A stretch of 64,000 bases of DNA from Eubacteriales bacterium (GTDB lineage Bacteria > Bacillota > Clostridia > Oscillospirales > CAG-272), in assembly GCA_045542075.1 (NCBI GenBank), contig JAZQKI010000042.1, positions 19,114 to 83,113 of the forward strand. Direction: 5' to 3'. Under the pieces are notes generated by a model. The model was not told the DNA's origin, ran no database searches, and saw only the letters and a program-made list of their open reading frames with translations. The position numbers were made by a program, and so were the translations under genes. Shown piece after piece: positions 9,245-17,501 of the stretch (its first letter is position 1; each line of letters starts with the position of its first letter).

Positions 9245-9260
9245 ACACAAGATATTGTGT
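9245..9260 (-). promoter_or_regulatory. NrdR box 2 (just upstream of the -35)
   Basis: acacaagatattgtgt is a near-perfect 16-bp palindrome, starting 33 bp from box 1. Confidence 0.65.
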
Positions 9261-9291
9261 TTTTCGTTAAAATTTGGCAGATTTAATAATT

Positions 9292-9996
9292 TTACATACC
9301 CCTTAATTGTGCATTTGGAACGAAAGACTTTAATGTGTTAAGAAATTCATGCATTTTTTCGTCTGAATAAGCTTCAAGACCCCTACCGATTACATCACCC
9401 GAATCAATAAACTTCTGAAGAAAGAACCTCTCATCCCCACTAAGCCACTCACCTATATGTTGGAAATCGTCTGTGTCGTGAAGCGGGTCAACAACTGTCG
9501 TGCGGAATTCAAAATCCACCGCTCCTGACATAAGATAGCTTGCGCTTTCTTCTATTTTTGATATATCGAAATTCTCGTCCAGTCCCGAGGTAAGAGCATA
9601 TTTCTCGCGGCTGTTTTTTATATCCATGGCAACGTAGTCGATAAGTCCCTCATTCACAAGATGCCTGAGTATTTCGGGGCGAGTACCGTTTGTATCAAGC
9701 TTTACAGCAAATCCGAGGTCTTTGACACTGCGTATAAATTCTTCAAGTCCCGGCATCAGTGTGGGTTCGCCTCCGCTGATACAAACACCTTCAATTATTC
9801 CCTGTCGCTTTTTCAAAAAATCAAGTATGTATTCCACAGAATATCCCTCGGTCTCGCCCGTATGGGTAACCAAGGACGCGTTATGACAGAATGGGCAACG
9901 GAAATTGCAGCCCTCTGTAAACACCGTGCAGGCAACCTTGCCGGGAAAATCAAGCAGAGTAAGCTTTTGCAGTCCCGCAATCTTAAATACTTTCAT
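9292..9996 (-). CDS. nrdG: Anaerobic RNR activating protein (radical SAM)
   Basis: CNFRCPFCHN radical-SAM cluster and GGEPT motif. Start moved to MKVFKIAGLQ at 9996, because the longer ORF would overlap lexA. Confidence 0.9.
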   Translation of the reverse strand: MKVFKIAGLQKLTLLDFPGKVACTVFTEGCNFRCPFCHNASLVTHTGETEGYSVEYILDFLKKRQGIIEGVCISGGEPTLMPGLEEFIRSVKDLGFAVKLDTNGTRPEILRHLVNEGLIDYVAMDIKNSREKYALTSGLDENFDISKIEESASYLMSGAVDFEFRTTVVDPLHDTDDFQHIGEWLSGDERFFLQKFIDSGDVIGRGLEAYSDEKMHEFLNTLKSFVPNAQLRGM

Positions 9997-10009
9997 AAAT
10001 TTATCCTTA

Positions 10010-10603
10010 TTATACGTAGTTTCTCTGTATGGCAACGACTCTGCCGAGTATAAGCACCTCGTCAACTATTATAGGCTGCATCATGTGATTTTCGGGCTGA
10101 AGTCTGTAATGTCCGTTTTCACGGAAAAATCTTTTAACAGTAGCCTCATTTTCTATAAGCGCAACGACTATTTCTCCACTCTCGGCATAGCAGGTGCTTT
10201 CGGCAATAATAATGTCTCCGTCAAGTATTCCCGCCTCTATCATGGACTCACCCTTTACGCGCAGCGCAAATAGGCTGTCTGCGGCGGAATTTCCCGCATA
10301 TCCTACGTAGCCCTCGCGGTTTTCCTCGGCAAGTATAGGCTCGCCCGCGGTAATTACACCCAAGAGCGGCACTGCGGTTATTTTGGGGGTATCTCCTACC
10401 AGCTTTAACGCGCGGCTCTTTCCGTCATCCTTGCTTATATATCCAAGCAGATCAAGACGGTTGAGGTACATATGCACTGTAGATGTGCTCTTATATCCAA
10501 GGTCGCGGCATATATCACGCACGGAGGGCGCATAGCCGTTCTCCCGCATGGATTTCGCTATATAGTCGTATATTTTTTGTTCTTTTGGCTTTAATTTTTC
10601 CAT
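10010..10603 (-). CDS. lexA: LexA SOS repressor
   Basis: 197 aa with an N-terminal wHTH (PSVRDICRDLGYKSTSTVHMYLNRL) and a C-terminal S24 peptidase (VKGESMIEAGILDGD...). Confidence 0.92.
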   Translation of the reverse strand: MEKLKPKEQKIYDYIAKSMRENGYAPSVRDICRDLGYKSTSTVHMYLNRLDLLGYISKDDGKSRALKLVGDTPKITAVPLLGVITAGEPILAEENREGYVGYAGNSAADSLFALRVKGESMIEAGILDGDIIIAESTCYAESGEIVVALIENEATVKRFFRENGHYRLQPENHMMQPIIVDEVLILGRVVAIQRNYV

Positions 10604-10630
10604 TGATGCGCTCCTGTTTCAGTCATTATA

Positions 10631-10664
10631 GAACTATTGTACCATATTTTTTTCACTTTGTCTA
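10631..10664 (-). promoter_or_regulatory. lexA promoter (TAGACA-N17-TACAAT) with an overlapping LexA (Cheo-type) box
   Basis: gaactattgtac (10631-10642) is GAAC-N4-GTAC, one mismatch from GAAC-N4-GTTC. It overlaps the -10 hexamer. Confidence 0.5.
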
Positions 10665-10747
10665 TATATATTGAAAATTTATTTGATGCTATCGGGTTTG
10701 AAGAAATATTGAAAATATTAACAAAATGAAACTTTTAGAATTTTCTC

Positions 10748-10776
10748 TTGCAAAAAATCAAAAAATATAGTAGAAT
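10748..10776 (+). promoter_or_regulatory. Putative promoter of the PEPCK gene
   Basis: TTGCAA-N17-TAGAAT, about 75 nt upstream of the start codon. RBS AAAGGAGAAAAAG. Confidence 0.45.
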
Positions 10777-10850
10777 ATATAATAGCGGAGAATTTATATT
10801 TTCGCTTATAAAAGTTAAAAAAATCCAAAAATATAAAGGAGAAAAAGACT

Positions 10851-12638
10851 ATGACACCCACAAACAATAAGTTTGTTCTTGATTGGATCAAGGAAATGGC
10901 TGATATGACCTGCCCCGATAAGATCGTATGGATCGACGGAACCGATGAGCAGGCTGAGGCACTTCGTGCAGAGGCATGCTCCACAGGCGAGATGATAAAG
11001 CTCAATCAGGACCTTCTTCCCAATTGCTACCTTCACAGAACAGCAGTTAACGACGTTGCTCGTGTTGAAGGAAGAACCTTTATCTGCACATCCAAGAAGG
11101 AGGATGCGGGTAATATCAACAACTGGATGGATCCCCAGGAGTGCTATGCTAAGCTTTCCAAGCTTTATGCCGGCTCTATGATGGGCAGAACAATGTACGT
11201 TATTCCCTACTCCATGAGTATCGTTGGCTCACCCTTTGCAAAGTACGGTATCGAGCTTACAGACTCCATCTACGTAGTTCTTAATATGCTTATTATGACA
11301 CGCGTTGGAAACAACGTGCTTGAGGCTCTTGGAGAGAGCAGCGACTTTATCAAGGGTCTCCACGCAAGAGCTGATATTGATGAAGAAAATCGCTACATCT
11401 GCCATTTCCCCGAGGATAACACCATCTGGTCTGTTAACTCCGGCTACGGCGGAAACGTTCTTCTCGGTAAGAAGTGCTTTGCTCTCCGTATCGCGTCCTA
11501 CCTCGGACGTAAGGAAGGTTGGATGGCTGAGCATATGCTTATCCTCGGCGTTGAATATCCTGACGGTGAGACAAAATACGTTTGCGCGGCATTCCCCTCC
11601 GCTTGCGGTAAGACAAACCTCGCAATGCTTATTCCCCCCGAGTACTACTCCAAGCAGGGCTACAAGGTATGGTGCGTAGGTGACGATATCGCATGGCTCC
11701 GCGTAGGTGAGGACGGCAGACTTTGGGCAGTTAACCCCGAAAACGGATTCTTCGGCGTTGCTCCCGGTACAAACGAAAAGTCCAACCCCAATGCTCTCCA
11801 CACCTGTCTTAAGGACACCATCTTCACAAACGTAGTTCATAACCTTGATACAAACACTGTTTGGTGGGAAGGCCTTGACAAGAATCCTCCCGCAAACGCT
11901 ATCGACTGGAAGGGCAACGTTTGGGATTACACCAAGTATGATAAGAAGGATAAGTCCACCTGCGGCGCTCATCCTAACTCCAGATTTACTGCTCTTGCAA
12001 AGAACTGTCCTTGCATCTCCTCCGAGTTCAACAATCCCGCGGGAGTTCCTATCTCCGCTATCGTATTCGGCGGACGTAGAGCAAAGACTGCTCCCCTTGT
12101 ATATCAGTCCACATCCTGGCAGAACGGCGCATTCGTCGGTTCTATCATGGCTTCCGAGACAACCGCTGCTGCGGCAGGCGCAGTAGGTGTAGTTCGCCGT
12201 GACCCCATGGCTATGAGACCCTTCGTAGGCTATGATATGGGTGACTACTGGGCACATTGGCTCAAGATGGGCACAACTATTCCCCACGCTCCCAAGATCT
12301 TCCACGTTAACTGGTTCCGCACCGACGACGAAGGCAACTTCATCTGGCCCGGATTTGGTGACAACATGAGAGTTCTTATGTGGATCCTCGCTCGTTGCGA
12401 GGGCAAGGTTGACGCTGATATTACTCCTATCGGATACGTTCCCAAGGCTGAGGACATCTGCATTGAGGGACTCACAGATGTCACTCTTGATACTATCAAG
12501 GAGCTTCTCACAGTTGATAAGGCTTCCTGGCTTGAGGATATTGAAAACATCAAGACCTTCTACGCACAGGTCGGAGAACGTGTTCCCCAGACAATGTATG
12601 ACGAGCTTGCAGCTCTTGAGGCAAGACTTAAGGCTTAA
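10851..12638 (+). CDS. pckG: Phosphoenolpyruvate carboxykinase (GTP-dependent)
   Basis: 595 aa with the GTP-PEPCK signature FPSACGKTN and kinase motifs (GDDIAWLR, NSRFT). Confidence 0.93.
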   Translation: MTPTNNKFVLDWIKEMADMTCPDKIVWIDGTDEQAEALRAEACSTGEMIKLNQDLLPNCYLHRTAVNDVARVEGRTFICTSKKEDAGNINNWMDPQECYAKLSKLYAGSMMGRTMYVIPYSMSIVGSPFAKYGIELTDSIYVVLNMLIMTRVGNNVLEALGESSDFIKGLHARADIDEENRYICHFPEDNTIWSVNSGYGGNVLLGKKCFALRIASYLGRKEGWMAEHMLILGVEYPDGETKYVCAAFPSACGKTNLAMLIPPEYYSKQGYKVWCVGDDIAWLRVGEDGRLWAVNPENGFFGVAPGTNEKSNPNALHTCLKDTIFTNVVHNLDTNTVWWEGLDKNPPANAIDWKGNVWDYTKYDKKDKSTCGAHPNSRFTALAKNCPCISSEFNNPAGVPISAIVFGGRRAKTAPLVYQSTSWQNGAFVGSIMASETTAAAAGAVGVVRRDPMAMRPFVGYDMGDYWAHWLKMGTTIPHAPKIFHVNWFRTDDEGNFIWPGFGDNMRVLMWILARCEGKVDADITPIGYVPKAEDICIEGLTDVTLDTIKELLTVDKASWLEDIENIKTFYAQVGERVPQTMYDELAALEARLKA

Positions 12639-12655
12639 GCTTCACTTTTATATAG

Positions 12656-12690
12656 AAAAACTCCACTGCATCGCAGTGGAGTTTTCTTTT
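12656..12690. terminator. Bidirectional terminator between pck and tadA
   Basis: Stem ctccactgc/gcagtggag, with an A-run before and a T-run after. Confidence 0.7.
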
Positions 12691-12702
12691 ATCTTTTATT
12701 TG

Positions 12703-13146
12703 CTATCTTTTATTTGCAAAAAAGTCCGAGAGAATGCTTTGACATTCAGTTTCCATAACACCGGACACTATTTCGGGCTTGTGATTGAACGGGTAGTTGT
12801 TAAGATTTATCACGCTTCCGCACGCGCCTGCCTTTGCGTCCTTCGCACCGAAAACAACTTTTTTTATTCTGGAGTTGATTATTGCGCCCATACACATGGG
12901 GCAAGGCTCAAGTGTGACGTAAAGCTCACAGCTATCAAGCCTCCAGGTGCCAAGCTCCTCACAAGCCTTGCGGATGGCAAGCGTTTCCGCATGTCCCGTT
13001 GCGTCGTGTGTCTCTTCCCTGTTATTTCTGCCTGTGGCGATGATTTTCCCGTCCTTGACAACAATCGCTCCTACGGGAACCTCATCGATTGCATAAGCAT
13101 TATTTGCCATCTCAAGGGCAATCTTCATATAATCTCTATCCATCAT
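12703..13146 (-). CDS. tadA: tRNA adenosine(34) deaminase
   Basis: 147 aa with HAETLAIRKA and PCPMCMGAI zinc motifs. Confidence 0.9.
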   Translation of the reverse strand: MMDRDYMKIALEMANNAYAIDEVPVGAIVVKDGKIIATGRNNREETHDATGHAETLAIRKACEELGTWRLDSCELYVTLEPCPMCMGAIINSRIKKVVFGAKDAKAGACGSVINLNNYPFNHKPEIVSGVMETECQSILSDFFANKR

Positions 13147-14108
13147 AAGAATAACATCATTATAGCCGTTCCGATCATACTGAGTACCGAAAGCGCGATA
13201 AATATGATCATAGTAGGTCTGAAAAATCCTTTTATTGCTGTGCCGTATGATAGCTCATCCTGAGTATAGAACAACCATTCGGGATCATTGAGCTTTTTTC
13301 TTCCGTGACGGAAATAATAGTATATTGCCGCTGCCGCGCCGAGAAGCACTATTGTAAGCTCAATTGCCGCGATTATAAAGTTTGCTCTTGCCTCGTGCTG
13401 AGTGTACATGATCGCATTCATTATTACCTGAGTGAAGTTATTTACAAAATGCAACACTATTGCGCCCCAAATAGATCCTGACTCAACGACGATATATCCA
13501 AGGACGAGTCCGAGAATAAACGTGTAGATTATCTGACCTACATTCTGGTGCATGAGGGCAAAAAGAAGCGCGGAAATAAATATCGCCTTTGCTCTGCCAA
13601 AGCGGTGAAGTCTGTCAAGTATAAGACCTCTGAAAAGCAGCTCCTCGCAAAACGCGGGAATTATAGCGATCTTTATTGTGTCAAGTACAAAATGATATGC
13701 GTGATAGCCGTTTGGATACTCAACAAGCATAAGGGATGACAAATCTATTCCCAACATTGCGACTAATATGGCATTTATATACGAAGCCAGGTAATTTATC
13801 GCAAGCCCTGCGAGCAATATCAGTGGGAAATGACGGGAAAACTTGAATTTACACGGCATTTCGCTGAAGCTGTAGTCCTTATCGAACTTTTTGTAAAAAA
13901 GCATTGGAATAAAGAACATACAGAAATACAGCACGCTGTATGCAAGCTCGTACACGACCTCATAAGCTATAGAGTCTGTAAAAATCTGCCCCACTGCCTG
14001 AAGTATGCCAAGCACGATTGATACTATGCTTGACGCTCCAAAAAATATCAGCAGTATTATTCCTATTTTTGTGTTTTGTTTCTTGTATTCTAAGTTGTTT
14101 TGATACAT
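13143..14108 (-). CDS. CPBP-family intramembrane glutamic endopeptidase (CAAX protease-like)
   Basis: Multi-TM protein with EELLFRG, FALMH and HFVNN motifs. 4-nt overlap with tadA. Confidence 0.8.
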   Translation of the reverse strand: MYQNNLEYKKQNTKIGIILLIFFGASSIVSIVLGILQAVGQIFTDSIAYEVVYELAYSVLYFCMFFIPMLFYKKFDKDYSFSEMPCKFKFSRHFPLILLAGLAINYLASYINAILVAMLGIDLSSLMLVEYPNGYHAYHFVLDTIKIAIIPAFCEELLFRGLILDRLHRFGRAKAIFISALLFALMHQNVGQIIYTFILGLVLGYIVVESGSIWGAIVLHFVNNFTQVIMNAIMYTQHEARANFIIAAIELTIVLLGAAAAIYYYFRHGRKKLNDPEWLFYTQDELSYGTAIKGFFRPTMIIFIALSVLSMIGTAIMMLFL

Positions 14109-14184
14109 ATTTATCTCCTGTATGCAGCTACTACAATACTACTATACCAAAAAACAGGAAAAATTTCAATAGTTTATCTGAATT

Positions 14185-15027
14185 TTATACTCTTGCGGTG
14201 TATTCTTCTACGCCAAGTATGGTCTCACCGTCTATCTGGAGAGATCTGGGTGCATCAAACTTAACCGTTATATTCTTGCCTGTATGTACTGTAACGTACT
14301 TCACGCTCTTTACGTGCTCTCCCTTGAATATTGAGGGGAAGATCATAAGAGTTTTGATAGCACTGGAGCCATGGAATACCATCAGTGACAGCTCGCCGTC
14401 CTCTGCTTCTCTTTTTTGATCGGGAGTAGGGATCATACCGCCTCCGTAGCGACGACCGTGCATTGTGGGTGCGATCCATACCTTTTCGTAATCATATTCC
14501 TTACCGTCGACTATAACCTTTGCATTTGTGGGCTTGTAGTGGAAAAGCAATCCTTTGATCGCTATACCGGTATAGTCTGCCTTTTTGCCCTCTGCATGAA
14601 GCTTATCACCCATTTCGCAGCAATAGCCGTCAATACCGAAGCCTACTCCGTTTATAAACTTATAATTATTGCCGTTTACCGTAACGGTGGGAAGGTTTTT
14701 AATATACTTGTTGATAAGAACGGGCTTTTTGTCCGACTCACCATTTACATCAGCATAGAAATCGTTTCCTGTGCCTGCGGGATAGTAATATACGGGGTTG
14801 CTTATCTCAATTCCGTCGATATCGTTGATAAATCTGTTCAGTGTGCCGTCTCCGCCGCAGATAACTACTTCATCCTCTGCGCAAAGTCCGTCAAAAAGCT
14901 CATTATAGTTTTTTATCTCGGTCATATTAACGACCTTATGATTCTGACCGAGCTCTTCAAAATAAGCCCTTACTTGATTTTCGCAATCACCGTTGCAGGA
15001 AAAGGGGTTGTACAGTACGTATTTCAT
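14185..15027 (-). CDS. Diacylglycerol/lipid kinase family protein (YegS/BmrU-like)
   Basis: GGDGTLN motif and DAGK catalytic-domain pattern. Start moved to MKYVLYNPF (GGAG RBS 9 nt upstream). Confidence 0.8.
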   Translation of the reverse strand: MKYVLYNPFSCNGDCENQVRAYFEELGQNHKVVNMTEIKNYNELFDGLCAEDEVVICGGDGTLNRFINDIDGIEISNPVYYYPAGTGNDFYADVNGESDKKPVLINKYIKNLPTVTVNGNNYKFINGVGFGIDGYCCEMGDKLHAEGKKADYTGIAIKGLLFHYKPTNAKVIVDGKEYDYEKVWIAPTMHGRRYGGGMIPTPDQKREAEDGELSLMVFHGSSAIKTLMIFPSIFKGEHVKSVKYVTVHTGKNITVKFDAPRSLQIDGETILGVEEYTARV

Positions 15028-15129
15028 ATTGCAGTCTCCGTTTCGTTCAAATTGTCTTTTGCCTGACTGTAATTCGTCAAACTTATACGTAATTCTACAC
15101 AATTAATATTAACTGAATGTTAAATTTAG

Positions 15130-15163
15130 TAAAAAAATGGCATCTTCGAATGAAGATGCCATT
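15130..15163 (-). terminator. Intrinsic terminator downstream of tsf
   Basis: 11-bp stem atggcatcttc/gaagatgccat, followed by a T7 run on the minus strand. Confidence 0.75.
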
Positions 15164-15177
15164 CAGTTATTTGTAAA

Positions 15178-16104
15178 TTACTTGTTTCCGCCTGCAAGCT
15201 TCTCGATCTCAGCAGCGAAGTCTTCCTGCTTCTTCTCGATACCCTCACCCTTCTCGAAACGAACGAAGGATGCGATCTCGATAGAACCGCCAAGAGCCTT
15301 AGCAGTGTTCTGAACGTACTTGGAAACCTTCTCGTGATCTTCTGCCTTAACGTATTCCATATCTACAAGGCAGTTGTTCTCATAGAACTTACCGATCTTA
15401 CCGAGAACCATCTTTTCCTTGATGTTGTCGGGCTTGTTAGCGTTTGCGGGATCGTTAGCGATCTGAGCAAGAAGAATTGCCTTCTCGTTCTCGATAACGG
15501 ATGCGGGAACACTCTCTCTGTTGAGGTAAGGTGTGGGATATGCGCCAACCTGAAGAGCGATGTTCTTTGCGAATTCAGCAAAGCCTTCCTTGTCTGCACA
15601 GTCGGTGTCGAACTTAACGATAACACCGATAGAGCCCATACCGTGAATATATGTGCTTGTTGTACCCTCAACTATTGCAAAACGGCGAACTGTGATCTTC
15701 TCACCGATCTGGAAAATGAGTTCCTTAAGCTTTGCGTCAACTGTTGTTCCCTCGTAGTCGGATGCGAGAAGAGCGTCAACGTCTGCAGGGCATGTTTCGA
15801 TGATGCACTTAAGAAGGTTCTTAACGAAAGCCTTGAATGTTTCGTTCTTTGCAACGAAGTCTGTCTCTGTATTTACCTCGATGATAGCGGTCTTGTTGCC
15901 CTCTGTGAGAACGTCAACGATACCGTCAGCAGCGATTCTTGTTGCCATCTTGGACTGTGCCTTAAGCTCACCCTTCTCACGAAGAATGGTTATTGCCTTG
16001 TCCATATCACCCTCGGCTTCAACGAGTGCCTTCTTGCACTCCATCATACCGATACCTGTCTTTGCGCGGAGAGCCGCAACGTCTTTAGCAGTAATTGTAG
16101 CCAT
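15178..16104 (-). CDS. tsf: Elongation factor Ts
   Basis: 308 aa with a UBA-like N-terminus (ITAKDVAALRAKTGIGMMECKKALVEAEGD). Confidence 0.95.
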   Translation of the reverse strand: MATITAKDVAALRAKTGIGMMECKKALVEAEGDMDKAITILREKGELKAQSKMATRIAADGIVDVLTEGNKTAIIEVNTETDFVAKNETFKAFVKNLLKCIIETCPADVDALLASDYEGTTVDAKLKELIFQIGEKITVRRFAIVEGTTSTYIHGMGSIGVIVKFDTDCADKEGFAEFAKNIALQVGAYPTPYLNRESVPASVIENEKAILLAQIANDPANANKPDNIKEKMVLGKIGKFYENNCLVDMEYVKAEDHEKVSKYVQNTAKALGGSIEIASFVRFEKGEGIEKKQEDFAAEIEKLAGGNK

Positions 16105-16137
16105 TTTTTTATCCTCGTTTAATCTGAATTTTTGGAA

Positions 16138-16887
16138 TTATGCGTTTTCTGCGTCTTCAGCAGCCTCTGCCTCGGTCTTTTCAGCCTCAGCCTCAACTGT
16201 CTGCTCGCCCTGCTTACCCTCGATAACTGCGTCAGCGATTACGGAGGAGATGAGCTTGATTGCACGGATAGCGTCGTCGTTACCGGGAATTACGTAGTCA
16301 GCATCGTCAGGATCACAGTTTGTATCAACGATAGCGATTACGGGAATACCAAGCTTCTTTGCTTCGAGAACTGCGTTTCTTTCCTTGCGGGGGTCAACGA
16401 TGAAGATCGCGTCGGGAAGTCTTTCCATGGTCTTGATACCGCCAAGGTTCTTCTCGAGGTCGAAGATCTCCTTCTGGAGAGCTGCAACTTCCTTCTTGGG
16501 AAGCATATCGAATGTGCCGTCCTCTGCCATCTTGTTAAGGCTGTTGAGACGAGCGATAGACTTCTTGATGGTCTTGAAGTTTGTCATCATACCGCCGGGC
16601 CAACGAACGTTAACATAGTACATGCCGCAACGGGTAGCTTCTTCCTTGATAGCCTCTGCCGCCTGCTTCTTTGTACCTACGAAAAGAACGTTACCGCCGT
16701 TTGCAGCGAGCTCACGAACGAACATGTAAGCTTCTTCAAACTTCTTAACTGTCTTCTGAAGGTCGATGATGTAGATGCCGTTTCTTTCTGTAAAGATGTA
16801 TTCCTGCATCTTAGGATTCCATCTTCTTGTGTGATGTCCGAAATGGACGCCTGCTTCAAGCAGCTGTTTGATTGAGATAATAGACAT
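16138..16887 (-). CDS. rpsB: 30S ribosomal protein S2
   Basis: 249 aa ([19 protein letters not shown]). Conserved rpsB-tsf order. Confidence 0.97.
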   Translation of the reverse strand: MSIISIKQLLEAGVHFGHHTRRWNPKMQEYIFTERNGIYIIDLQKTVKKFEEAYMFVRELAANGGNVLFVGTKKQAAEAIKEEATRCGMYYVNVRWPGGMMTNFKTIKKSIARLNSLNKMAEDGTFDMLPKKEVAALQKEIFDLEKNLGGIKTMERLPDAIFIVDPRKERNAVLEAKKLGIPVIAIVDTNCDPDDADYVIPGNDDAIRAIKLISSVIADAVIEGKQGEQTVEAEAEKTEAEAAEDAENA

Positions 16888-17026
16888 TTTTATGTCCTCC
16901 TTCGGTTTTTTCCACCACAGAAGCTGTGCGTCATAATCCTTGTCAGCATTGGCAAAGACACCGATTCCGCTTTCTGCATCTGTGTGTGTATTATTTTGTA
17001 GTCTGTGTTTTGCACACAGCCTTTAG

Positions 17027-17055
17027 ATTATAACATAGTCGATATTTTTATGCAA
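17027..17055 (-). promoter_or_regulatory. Putative rpsB promoter (TTGCAT-N17-TATAAT), implying a ~130-nt leader
   Basis: Hexamers read on the minus strand. The leader contains the hairpin ctgtgt-N5-acacag. Confidence 0.45.
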
Positions 17056-17162
17056 TATCTTTCGTCAATGTTTACAAATTATTTACAATATTTTTGTAAA
17101 AAAGTACCGCCTGCGCGCACCAGCTCTCAAAAAGTGAAAATTTATACCTTTGAGTTTTATTT

Positions 17163-17447
17163 TCAGCGTCTTTTTCTTGCTTTTTTGGAATTGCAGCATG
17201 ATGTCTCCACACCCGTTAGTCTGACAAGAATGGTGTCCTCCCCTATACATTCGATCTTGTTCCACGGAATTATTATATCCTGGCGTTTCCCAAATGATAA
17301 AAAGCCGTCGCATACGGGAACAATGAGCGCAAGTATCTGACCGCACTCCATATCAAATTCAAAATCCGTAGGGTACCCAAGCTTTTCCCCGTCGCAAAGG
17401 TTTACGACCTCAAGCTCCCGTAAATCCTTGGTGCTTATTCTGCGCAT
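17163..17447 (-). CDS. ylmC: YlmC/YmxH-family sporulation protein (PRC-barrel)
   Basis: LRELEVVNLCDGEKLGYPTDFEFD...IIPWNKIECIGEDTILV is typical of YlmC. The start at MRRIS has a GAGG RBS; the longer start has none. Confidence 0.8.
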   Translation of the reverse strand: MRRISTKDLRELEVVNLCDGEKLGYPTDFEFDMECGQILALIVPVCDGFLSFGKRQDIIIPWNKIECIGEDTILVRLTGVETSCCNSKKARKRR

Positions 17448-17455
17448 AAAAAGTC

Positions 17456-17494
17456 CTCGCTCTCTGTTTTTTTGCATTATATGCGAGAGCGAGG
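17456..17494 (-). terminator. Possible terminator hairpin after the ATPase-like gene
   Basis: 10-bp stem cctcgctctc/gagagcgagg with a long (19-nt) loop and a short T-run. It overlaps the ylmC RBS region. Confidence 0.35.
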
Positions 17495-17501
17495 CTTTTT
17501 A

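Noticed and set aside
16888-17026. The ~130-nt rpsB leader, considered as a possible S2-binding autoregulatory RNA.
   Set aside because: I found only one short hairpin (ctgtgt/acacag). I know of no Firmicute S2 leader family to compare with, and cannot support a structured element from sequence alone.
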